In this document: one piece after another, positions 8,258 through 15,842 of the stretch
How positions within the stretch are numbered: position 1 is the first letter of the stretch
How the letters are laid out: the number at the start of each line of letters is the position of its first letter
Virus record (IMG/VR): IMGVR_UViG_3300045988_123119
DNA: 31,911 nucleotides
Source of the DNA: a virus
Direction: 5' to 3' (one strand)
Notes under the pieces: model-generated
What the model was told of the DNA's origin: nothing
What the model saw: the letters and a program-made list of their open reading frames with translations, nothing else
Database searches by the model: none
Program-made: the position numbers and the translations under genes

Positions 8258-8286
8258 AAAAAGTTTCATAAAATGTAAAACTTTTT
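8258..8286. promoter_or_regulatory. Candidate operator: perfect 9-bp inverted repeat AAAAAGTTT-N11-AAACTTTTT
   Basis: The repeat was read directly. It lies in the AT-rich divergent intergenic region, immediately upstream of the -35 box. Confidence 0.4.
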
Positions 8287-8287
8287 G

Positions 8288-8315
8288 TTGACACGGCATA
8301 GAATGTGAATATGAT
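8288..8315 (+). promoter_or_regulatory. Sigma70-like early promoter (TTGACA-16 nt-TATGAT)
   Basis: The -35 hexamer matches consensus and the -10 is near consensus. It lies 48 nt upstream of the cro-like ATG. Confidence 0.55.
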
Positions 8316-8363
8316 AAAAGCCGGTTATACGGAACGTGAACAAGAGATTGGGGGTGCACACAC

Positions 8364-8576
8364 ATGGAGTACACAGACGAGCTTTTCGCGGCGAACCTTC
8401 GAGCCGAGCGAGCGCGAGCGGATATGACACAGGAGCAGCTTGCGACCAAGGCCGGAATCTCGACCGCTTCCGTTGTTGGATATGAGAAGGGCACGACGCT
8501 CCCGACACTCACGACGCTCTACAAGCTTGCGGTAGCGCTTGGCACAACGCCAAACGCGCTCATGAGCTGGGAGTAA
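8364..8576 (+). CDS. XRE-family HTH regulator (Cro-like)
   Basis: HTH_3 motif MTQEQLATKAGISTASVVGYEKG is present. It is the first gene of the rightward early operon. Confidence 0.8.
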   Translation: MEYTDELFAANLRAERARADMTQEQLATKAGISTASVVGYEKGTTLPTLTTLYKLAVALGTTPNALMSWE

Positions 8577-8887
8577 CCCCCACCCAACGATCAATGCCCC
8601 GGCCACATGGACGTTACGGGCGGGATTCAAACTAACCATCCTCTATGCGTTTAATCCTACGGTGCGCGTATGTCCGTAACGCCCACGTAGCCGAGGGCGC
8701 GTTCATTGAAAACGAGAAATAGCGAGAAAGCTTGATGGTGCAATCAAGCGACGAAGAGAGACCCGCATACGTGCGGGCGGTGAGCCGTGAGAGCCGATAC
8801 ATCCACGGCATAAAGAAAGAGCGCGCTTCCCGACAGCAAGAGAAGACGCGCCCAAACCACAAAACACCTTGAAGGGAGGTGCCACAG

Positions 8888-9124
8888 ATGAATGATACCA
8901 CGACGTTCGCGGACATGGCCCGCGAGCTGGGATTACCCAAGAAGCCGCTCTATTCGGTCAAGGAGGTCAGCAGGGTGCTTGGCGTGCCGTGCTCAACCGT
9001 CTACGACGAGATGAAGTCTGGACGACTGAGATACCAACTGCCGCCCGGGCGCAAGTACGGGCAGCTTGTGAAACCCGAATGGGTGGACGCTTTGATAGCG
9101 GGAGGTACACATGACCAAAGTTGA
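8888..9124 (+). CDS. Excisionase/MerR-like HTH_17 DNA-binding protein
   Basis: GGAGG lies 8 nt upstream of the ATG at 8888. The motif YSVKEVSRVLGVPCSTVYDEMKSGRL is typical of the Xis/AlpA-like HTH family. Confidence 0.65.
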   Translation: MNDTTTFADMARELGLPKKPLYSVKEVSRVLGVPCSTVYDEMKSGRLRYQLPPGRKYGQLVKPEWVDALIAGGTHDQS

Positions 9125-9239
9125 GAAGGCCGTCTTCACGGCGCTTGCCATGCTTGGTGGCGTGGCTGCGCTCCATGCGGCCATTTATATGTTCGTCAAT
9201 CTGACAATCCTGGTGGCTAAGGCGCTGGGACGCGCGTAA
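9111..9239 (+). CDS. Small membrane protein (42 aa), absent from the ORF track
   Basis: GGAGG lies 5 nt upstream. The product has a single long hydrophobic segment. Confidence 0.5.
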   Translation: MTKVEKAVFTALAMLGGVAALHAAIYMFVNLTILVAKALGRA

Positions 9240-9251
9240 GGAAGGTTAAGC

Positions 9252-9398
9252 ATGGCGCAAGGCAAGCATTACACGACACCGATTGAGACCAGGCGCGCAC
9301 GGGAGCGCAAGCTGTTCACCTACGGTTTTCTCTGGGGCGCTGTCTGCACTCTGGCCGTCGTGGTGGGGCTTGTGGCGCTTGTGCTCTGGTCGATTTAG
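9252..9398 (+). CDS. Small membrane protein (48 aa), absent from the ORF track
   Basis: GAAGG-type RBS is present. The product has a basic N-terminus followed by a hydrophobic helix (FLWGAVCTLAVVVGLVALVLW). Confidence 0.5.
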   Translation: MAQGKHYTTPIETRRARERKLFTYGFLWGAVCTLAVVVGLVALVLWSI

Positions 9399-9410
9399 AA
9401 AGGACGCAAG

Positions 9411-9590
9411 ATGAAATACGTTTGGATTGTCGAGACACCAGGCGAAGTTCCGGTAGCCGTCAAGACGCGCGCACAGGCCCAGGAGCTTGTGCTGCTCTAT
9501 TACGGCAGTGATTACGCATCCGATACGATTCTATTCAAGGTCTTTGCCAAGAAGGTTCTCTTCTGTCCGGGTGGTGATGATGATGAGTAA
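9411..9590 (+). CDS. Hypothetical small protein (59 aa), absent from the ORF track
   Basis: AAAGGA RBS is present. The frame is open to TAA at 9588-9590 and overlaps the next gene start. Confidence 0.45.
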   Translation: MKYVWIVETPGEVPVAVKTRAQAQELVLLYYGSDYASDTILFKVFAKKVLFCPGGDDDE

Positions 9591-10074
9591 CGAGCTCACG
9601 GCAGTGCAAAAGTTGGCAATCGCCGACGCTTTCATAAAGGCATGCAAGGATGAGCAGAAGCGCATTCGCAATGAAGTGGATGAGGAGACTATCAAGCTTT
9701 ACCTTGATACCGGAGCGGATAGGCGCACGGTCTCGCTTAACGGCGAGAAAGTCGGAACGATTTCTATCGTCATGACAAAGCCCGTTGAGGGAAAGTTCCC
9801 AGAGATTCAAGACGCGCAGGAATTCGCAAAGTGGTACCGCGAGAGCGATGGCGGAATGGATGCGATTAACCGCCTTATCGCGTTGGAGCCTGGCATCATG
9901 CTCAAGGCTGCGGTAGCAGACGGGGAGTTGCCGGATGGCTGCGTGATGGTCGAGCGCAACGAACCGTCCAGAATCAAAAACACAACGCTGCGAATCAGCA
10001 AAGACAAGGTCGTTAAGGCAATGGGCGCGCAGCTCAGCGCGGCTGTTGCCGGATTCATCGGAGGGGGTGAATAA
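9577..10074 (+). CDS. Siphovirus Gp157-like protein, an accessory of the recombination module
   Basis: A triple ATG begins at 9577. The upstream part of track ORF 9487.. overlaps the previous small gene. The size, helical N-terminus and position immediately upstream of a Sak4-type ATPase support the call. Confidence 0.45.
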   Translation: MMMSNELTAVQKLAIADAFIKACKDEQKRIRNEVDEETIKLYLDTGADRRTVSLNGEKVGTISIVMTKPVEGKFPEIQDAQEFAKWYRESDGGMDAINRLIALEPGIMLKAAVADGELPDGCVMVERNEPSRIKNTTLRISKDKVVKAMGAQLSAAVAGFIGGGE

Positions 10075-10683
10075 ATGGGAGTACCTGTTTTGATTCTCGG
10101 CCCTTCCGGTAGCGGCAAGACGTATTCACTGCGGAATATCCCGGCGAATAAATACGGGCTTATCGAGTGCGAAAAAACCATGCTTCCGTTTCGCGGTGGC
10201 GTTAAGTTCGCCCGCACGAAGGATTTCGGCGAGCTGCGCGGCATCATCAAGGCATATAGCGAGCGATACAACACCGTGGTTGTCGATGATTTCGGTTACT
10301 GCGTAACTGATTTGTTCATCCATCACATCAACGACCGTGACCAATACGGCATCTATAAAACGATTGCCGCCGAGGTTTACAACACTACTGAATTTATCAA
10401 CGCTCTGCCTGAAAACGTCATCGTCTTCATCACGATGCACACGGATTCAGACGCTTTCAACAACATCGTCCCGAAAATCATGGGCAAGATGGTGAACGAG
10501 AAAATCGACCTGCTGGGCATGGTCAACGTTTGCATTCTCTCTGAGGTGGTGGACGGTGAGCACGTTTTCATTTTGGACGGCAAACCGCCCGCGAAGAGCT
10601 GCGGAATCTTTTCAGAGCCGGTGATACCGAATGATTTGGCGGTTGTCGAGAAGGGCATCCGCGACTTCATCAGCGGTGAGTGA
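10075..10683 (+). CDS. Sak4-like / AAA_24 RecA-fold ATPase (single-strand annealing protein)
   Basis: Walker A GPSGSGKT and Walker B VVVDDFG are present. The protein is about 200 aa, and GGAGGGGG RBS is present. Confidence 0.7.
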   Translation: MGVPVLILGPSGSGKTYSLRNIPANKYGLIECEKTMLPFRGGVKFARTKDFGELRGIIKAYSERYNTVVVDDFGYCVTDLFIHHINDRDQYGIYKTIAAEVYNTTEFINALPENVIVFITMHTDSDAFNNIVPKIMGKMVNEKIDLLGMVNVCILSEVVDGEHVFILDGKPPAKSCGIFSEPVIPNDLAVVEKGIRDFISGE

Positions 10684-10688
10684 TCGCA

Positions 10689-10901
10689 ATGTCGATTGAG
10701 CCTGGCAAGGCGAGCCGAATGATGGAGCTTTGCGAAGGCAGATACCAACAGTTGATACAAGGCGGTTGCGATTCAGACGTGGCGGCAGACCGAGCCTATG
10801 ACGCGCTTCGCGCTGCGTTCGGCGAGGTCGAGCACGCATACGACAAGCGCGATCGCCTGTTTGAGAACAAGCTACGAAGCGTAGCGGAAAGGAGCGCATA
10901 A
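10689..10901 (+). CDS. Hypothetical protein
   Basis: The ATG at 10689 has GGTGAG 8 nt upstream. The gene is tightly packed in the operon. Confidence 0.5.
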   Translation: MSIEPGKASRMMELCEGRYQQLIQGGCDSDVAADRAYDALRAAFGEVEHAYDKRDRLFENKLRSVAERSA

Positions 10902-11458
10902 TGCGCACGAACATCCCATGGGCAACGACCGAGGCGAGCACGGACGGCGGTTTTGAGAAGCTTCCCGCAGGGCCTTATGTCGCAAAGATTGTCGATATGG
11001 TCGATAACGATTCCAAGCAGTACGTAGAGCTTGTATTCGACATCGCAGAGGGCGAGCACGCCAATTTCTACGGCGATAAGTGGGGCAAAGAGCATCCGTT
11101 CGCACATCATATCTTCCTGAGCTACAAGGACACGGCACTAGGCATGCTCAAAGGCCGCTTGCAGGCCATCCAGGAGAGCAACCCTGGATTCGACCCGTTC
11201 GCCGCGTGGGACGCTGGCCGCTTGGACATGTTCAACGGGCGAATCCTGGGCATCAACCTTCAGGAAGAGGAATACGAGCGCAACGACGGCGAGACCGGCA
11301 CGCGCCTGACCGTATGCCAGGTTATCCCGGCTCAGGACGTGCGCGACGGCAAAATCAAGGCGCGCGACATCAAGAAGCTCAAAGGTTGTGCGGCTTCTAC
11401 CTCCACGACCGTAACGCCCGTGGTGGAGGCGTACAACGGCCCCATCCCGTTCAACTAA
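10901..11458 (+). CDS. DUF669-like protein, a putative SSB-like partner of Sak4
   Basis: It lies next to the Sak4-like gene. The C-terminus ...NGPIPFN resembles the SSB acidic-tip IPF motif. The protein is about 185 aa. Confidence 0.5.
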   Translation: MRTNIPWATTEASTDGGFEKLPAGPYVAKIVDMVDNDSKQYVELVFDIAEGEHANFYGDKWGKEHPFAHHIFLSYKDTALGMLKGRLQAIQESNPGFDPFAAWDAGRLDMFNGRILGINLQEEEYERNDGETGTRLTVCQVIPAQDVRDGKIKARDIKKLKGCAASTSTTVTPVVEAYNGPIPFN

Positions 11459-11470
11459 ATCAGGTGAGCT

Positions 11471-11986
11471 GTGATTATCGAGGACACACGGCAACAAGAG
11501 CTGAAACACGGGCACATAGAAAAATGGATGGTGGCCCATGGCGTTGATTTCGCGCCTAGGGCCACCGCTTTACCATTCGGCGATTACATGCTCGAAGGCT
11601 CTAACATCTCCATCGACACGAAAAAGGACGTGCAGGAGGTGGCCGGGAATCTCGGCAAGCAGCACGCACGCTTCTCACGGGAGTGCGACAAGGCGCGCGC
11701 CGAGGGCTACCGCCTTATTATCCTGGTCGAAGAGCATCCAGAGTACAACGATCGCAAGAAGCTGCGTGCTTGGAAAAGTTATGTCTGCCGACGTTGCCGA
11801 AAATGCAACCCGTTCGAGAAGAGCAGCAAATGCGCCAAGTATCGGGTGAAGCCGATGAACGGTAACAGCATTGCAAAGATTATCGAACGGATGGAAGAAA
11901 ACCACGGCGTTCGCTTCGAGTTCTGCCATAAGCTGGACACAGCGCGGCGCATATGCGAGATTTTGGGGGTGAAATACAAGGAGTAA
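11471..11986 (+). CDS. ERCC4/Hef-Mus81-like nuclease (putative structure-specific endonuclease or resolvase)
   Basis: IIEDTRQ, FGDY and IDTKKDVQE motifs resemble the ERCC4 GDxn-ERKxxxD signature. GTG start with AGGTGAG RBS. Confidence 0.5.
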   Translation: MIIEDTRQQELKHGHIEKWMVAHGVDFAPRATALPFGDYMLEGSNISIDTKKDVQEVAGNLGKQHARFSRECDKARAEGYRLIILVEEHPEYNDRKKLRAWKSYVCRRCRKCNPFEKSSKCAKYRVKPMNGNSIAKIIERMEENHGVRFEFCHKLDTARRICEILGVKYKE

Positions 11987-14160
11987 TGGACGAATCGAAT
12001 CTTTCAGCTCTAGGCAAGGCGGCGCTTGAATACGTTCGCGCCGGTTTCGCCGTCTTCCCGTGCCGTGAGAGGGACAAGAGACCGGCCACACCGCACGGGT
12101 TAAACGACTGGACGGATAACCCTGAGCACGTGATTATCCACTGGTCACAACATCCAAACTCGAATATCGGAATCACGTGCGGCGCTCCATCTGGCGGGCT
12201 GCTTGTACTCGATTTCGATGTTAGCGACACGAAAAACGGCCTTGCCACGTTGAAGCAGTGGGAAACCGAGCACGGGGAATTGCCCGAGACGGCGACGGCT
12301 ATCACGGGCAGCGGCGGCAGGCACTACCTTTTCCGCACAGACCGCAATAACATCCGCCCCACGTCCAATACCGAGCTTGGCGTGGACGTGCGATGCGATG
12401 GGTCATACATCGTCGCGCCCCCGTCCATCCATCCCAGTGGTGGTAGTTACGAATGGTGGGCATCGCCTGAAGATGTCGGAATCGCGAGCGCGGACGGCAA
12501 CGTCTACGATTTACTCGATTACATCCAGCGCAACGGAGGTAGCGAGGAAGGCTCACACAAGGAAAACGGCAAGTTCAGATTGCCCGATACGATCAAAAAG
12601 GGCGAGCGTGACAACATCCTCTTTAAGTACGCCTCGCACTTGCGAAGCATTGGCCGCTCAGATGATGAGATTCTAACGACGGTCGCAGGCGCCAACGCGA
12701 TGTTATGTAAACCGCCTATGGATTCATCTGACATCAAGCGCATTTGCAGGAGCGCATGCAAGTACGAGCAGGGGAGCGGCGTTAGCGATAGCGACGGCAA
12801 GGCCGTCGGAGCGCCCGGGAAGAAGCCCGCCGATACGGAGGGGCTGCGAGGGCCGCGCGGCGGAATCCTCACCAATAAAGTTGCTCAGGGGATCATTGAA
12901 AACAACCTTGCGCGAATCATCGACGGCGCGCCCGCTGTCTGGACTGGCAAGCGCTGGGACTTCGGGCCGCGCGCCATCAATCGCTGCGTGCTCGATTTGG
13001 TGGATGATGCGAAGAAGAATGATAAGAGCGAGGTCGTTAGCTACATCATGGACAAGGCCCCATCGGTAGCGAGCGATAGGGCTTTTGACGGCGGCTATTA
13101 CGTGCAGTTCTCTAACTGCACATACGACGTTCTGAAAGATGAAATTATTGACCCCACCCCGGAGATGTTTATTATCGCCCAATTACCGGTGGCATTAAAC
13201 ATGGATGCGCCACGCAACAAGGCAGACGAGTTTCTCGAATCCATCAGCAACGGCGATGAGGACACTCTGCAAGCGATGAAGGAGGTCATAGGGGCCTGCA
13301 TGTGCTCAAGGCGCGTGCTCAGCCAATCGCCCATGCTCATAGGCAGGGCGGGCGGCGCGAGCGGCAAGGCGAGCAACGGCAAGTCTACCTACCTCAACTG
13401 GCTGCGCTCGATACTCGGGGTTGAGAACGTCTCTAGCTTGGATATCGCCACGCTTGGACAGCGATTCAACGCTTCCCGCGTGGTGGGCAAGCTGGCGAAT
13501 CTCGGCGACGATATCCCGGACGGATTTCTGCGTGGTGATGAGCTGTCGATGTTTAAGAAGATCGTCACGGGCGATTCTATTTTTACCGACGTTAAGAACG
13601 GCGAGGGCTTCGAGTTCAGACCCAGCGCGAGCATGGTCTTTTCGATGAATGCCGTTCCGCGCCTTTCGGACACCACGGACGGCGTTTTCAGGCGCCTGGC
13701 CTTCATTCCCTTCAGGAAACGCTTTTCACCCGGTATGCCCGACTATGACCCCAATATCTCGCAGGAATTGAAGCAGCAGGAAGTGCTAGAGCGCGGCGCG
13801 CTGCTTGGCCTTATGGCGCTTGGCGATTTAATCAGGCGCGGCACCCTTACGCCAATCCCAGACATGGTGGCAGAGGTGAAGCAGGTAAAAGAAGACAACA
13901 ATTCAGTTGTGAGATGGATTGCCGATTGCGCTATTACCGCCGAGACGCTTAACGGCAAAACGGTGCCTGACACTTACAACGACTACAAGCGTTGGTGCGA
14001 GGACTGCGGAGAGCGCTCACCGTTCACCCGTAAAACATGGACAGCTGTTGTCAAAGATTCTGTGACGATTGAGAATTCTGGATTGCCACAACTTGATACA
14101 AAATCCGCTCGATTACTTGATAACTCAAGTAAATTTGTCCGAATATGGACGATTTTGTGA
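11986..14160 (+). CDS. Bifunctional primase-polymerase (Prim-Pol N-terminal domain) fused to a D5/P4-type SF3 helicase
   Basis: N-terminal AVFPC...KRP...HG...D.. and LDFD motifs are present. A central P-loop (GKASNGKST) and C-terminal P4-family primase-helicase features follow. The ATG at 11986 overlaps the previous stop. Confidence 0.8.
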   Translation: MDESNLSALGKAALEYVRAGFAVFPCRERDKRPATPHGLNDWTDNPEHVIIHWSQHPNSNIGITCGAPSGGLLVLDFDVSDTKNGLATLKQWETEHGELPETATAITGSGGRHYLFRTDRNNIRPTSNTELGVDVRCDGSYIVAPPSIHPSGGSYEWWASPEDVGIASADGNVYDLLDYIQRNGGSEEGSHKENGKFRLPDTIKKGERDNILFKYASHLRSIGRSDDEILTTVAGANAMLCKPPMDSSDIKRICRSACKYEQGSGVSDSDGKAVGAPGKKPADTEGLRGPRGGILTNKVAQGIIENNLARIIDGAPAVWTGKRWDFGPRAINRCVLDLVDDAKKNDKSEVVSYIMDKAPSVASDRAFDGGYYVQFSNCTYDVLKDEIIDPTPEMFIIAQLPVALNMDAPRNKADEFLESISNGDEDTLQAMKEVIGACMCSRRVLSQSPMLIGRAGGASGKASNGKSTYLNWLRSILGVENVSSLDIATLGQRFNASRVVGKLANLGDDIPDGFLRGDELSMFKKIVTGDSIFTDVKNGEGFEFRPSASMVFSMNAVPRLSDTTDGVFRRLAFIPFRKRFSPGMPDYDPNISQELKQQEVLERGALLGLMALGDLIRRGTLTPIPDMVAEVKQVKEDNNSVVRWIADCAITAETLNGKTVPDTYNDYKRWCEDCGERSPFTRKTWTAVVKDSVTIENSGLPQLDTKSARLLDNSSKFVRIWTIL

Positions 14161-14350
14161 CGATTGGAACGATTTGTGACGATTTGTGACGATTGAAAAC
14201 ACACTAATCGTCACATGGTTTCAGCAGGTAAACGCATGCGTGTGACGATGTGACGCAAAAAAGCGCGAACAACTTTCTCCTCTATAGAAAAAAAGTAGAT
14301 ATATAGAAGAAAAGAATACGCGCGCGCGTAGCAATCGTCACATCGTCACA
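14148..14350. repeat. Origin-like region with iterons (GTGACGAT / GACGATT core) in both orientations flanking an AT-rich stretch
   Basis: Five phased GACGATT-type copies lie at 14148-14194, with spacing of about 10 bp. An inverted copy is at 14207-14214. GTGACGATGTGACGC is at 14242-14256. An AT-rich stretch spans 14275-14318 and (CG)5 spans 14319-14328. Two tandem inverted copies lie at 14334-14349. Confidence 0.65.
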
Positions 14351-14394
14351 AGGCGCATTTTCCCAAACCGAAAAACCGAATAGGAGTGATCGCG

Positions 14395-14637
14395 ATGAAC
14401 GAACTGGAACAGTTCGGCGTCTACGATGCGCGCGACGCGAAGACGTGCGGCGGCTGCGCGTATTTCGTCACGGACGGATACCACACGTGCGGCGTGTGCC
14501 AGGTGAACGTGTTCCGTTCGATGAATGCCGGGCGCAACATCAAGTCGTGCGCGGACATCTGCCGCGCTGCCGTCGATGCGCTGGTGGACGAGGAGGCGTG
14601 TGCGTGCGCTGATTGGAAGGATTGGAATCGTGGGTAA
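14395..14637 (+). CDS. Cys-rich (CxxC...CxxC) hypothetical protein
   Basis: AGGAG lies 8 nt upstream of the ATG at 14395. Confidence 0.55.
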   Translation: MNELEQFGVYDARDAKTCGGCAYFVTDGYHTCGVCQVNVFRSMNAGRNIKSCADICRAAVDALVDEEACACADWKDWNRG

Positions 14638-14905
14638 TTTCGATTTCAGGACGCATGACCGCGTGGAGCTGTTCGACGCGGTCAACGAGGTCAAGCGCCG
14701 GGCCGGTTTCCGCTACGCGGACGGGCGGCACATCAACGTGGGCGATACGGTGATGCTCAAAAACGACCGTCAAGCGGGGCTTTTGAAGGTTCGTGCGCTC
14801 AATCCCCGCGGGATGCGCGTCGTGGTGAGCAACCCGACGAGCGGCGCGCTCTCGGTCGAGCCTGGCGAGCTCGATTTTGTTCACGCCATTGTTCGCGGCG
14901 CGTAA
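14630..14905 (+). CDS. Hypothetical protein
   Basis: GTG at 14630 overlaps the previous stop, with GGAAGGA 7 nt upstream. The upstream part of track ORF 14525.. overlaps the previous gene out of frame. The start is uncertain. Confidence 0.4.
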   Translation: MGNFDFRTHDRVELFDAVNEVKRRAGFRYADGRHINVGDTVMLKNDRQAGLLKVRALNPRGMRVVVSNPTSGALSVEPGELDFVHAIVRGA

Positions 14906-15047
14906 ATCCGTTTTGGCTTGCGAGACGGCGCTGACGGCCTTTTAAGGACTTGCCCCTAGTCGGACTAGCGTGCAAGGCTTAACGAGGCGTCTAGGCACGA
15001 CTGAGCGGGCGAGAACGGTAAATCCAAAGCGACAAGAAAGGCAAAAA

Positions 15048-15350
15048 ATGAATTACATCAACCTTGGTTACGGTTACAGGCTCCATAGGCGCGATTCGCG
15101 CAACTGGGAATTGCAACGATTCAGGGAAATCAAGCAGAACAACAACCCGAAAGCAAGAATCGGCGTATCGGAGTGGTCCGGCTGCGGGAAGTTCTACCAA
15201 TCGCTGAGGGCCGCCCTGCTTGCCGTCTACGAGCTGGTATTGCACGAGGATGACGGCAAAGCGGTAGACCTCGAAGAAGCACTGAAACGTGCGGAGGAAA
15301 TTGAGAAGAGCCTAAAGGCCGTGTCGGTCAATCTGCTAAACCTAAAATGA
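15048..15350 (+). CDS. Hypothetical protein
   Basis: The ATG at 15048 has GAAAGG upstream. The 100-aa product has no recognisable motif. Confidence 0.5.
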   Translation: MNYINLGYGYRLHRRDSRNWELQRFREIKQNNNPKARIGVSEWSGCGKFYQSLRAALLAVYELVLHEDDGKAVDLEEALKRAEEIEKSLKAVSVNLLNLK

Positions 15351-15369
15351 TGGATGGGGGATATTAAAA

Positions 15370-15840
15370 ATGCGCGACAGTAGCGACTTCGACACTTTAA
15401 ATAACCCCCTAGAGATACGTTGTAAATGCGATGATTCGCGGCTCCCGAAATACGCGCATCTCGGTGACGCTGGCGCAGACCTTCGCGCGGACATACCCTG
15501 CGCAATCAAGATTTGGCCGCATGAATCCGCTTGGATTGACACGGGTGTTTGCGTTGAGATTCCGAGCGGCTACGTCGGCCTTCAATTCGCTCGAAGCGGC
15601 CTGGGGATGAAACACAACGTTTGCCTTGCTAACGGCGTTGGCGTTATCGATTCCGGGTACCGTGGGAGAATCCGCGCGAAGCTCATCAATCTCAGCGATA
15701 AGCCTTACACGGTGCATCCAGGTGACCGCGTGTGCCAATTAGTGATCGTGCCGTTCGCAACGTGCAGCTACACACAGGTGGACGAGCTTGACGAAACGGA
15801 GCGCGGGGCAAACGGTTACGGCTCGACCGGAGTTGACTAG
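15370..15840 (+). CDS. dut: dUTP diphosphatase (trimeric dUTPase)
   Basis: Motifs GDAGADLRA, IDSGYRG, RVCQLV and C-terminal RG..GYGSTG are present. Confidence 0.9.
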   Translation: MRDSSDFDTLNNPLEIRCKCDDSRLPKYAHLGDAGADLRADIPCAIKIWPHESAWIDTGVCVEIPSGYVGLQFARSGLGMKHNVCLANGVGVIDSGYRGRIRAKLINLSDKPYTVHPGDRVCQLVIVPFATCSYTQVDELDETERGANGYGSTGVD

Positions 15841-15842
15841 CC

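Noticed and set aside
9487-9576. Upstream extensions of track ORFs, such as 9487, 11953, 14525, 14970, 17101, 18172 and 28989, as true starts
   Set aside because: The extensions overlap upstream genes out of frame and lack an RBS. Internal ATG or GTG codons with GGAGG-type RBS and stop/start coupling fit better.
14148-14350. Short repeats considered as a possible CRISPR array
   Set aside because: The units are 8-12 bp, occur in both orientations, and have no regular 25-40-nt spacers. The architecture fits iterons, not CRISPR.
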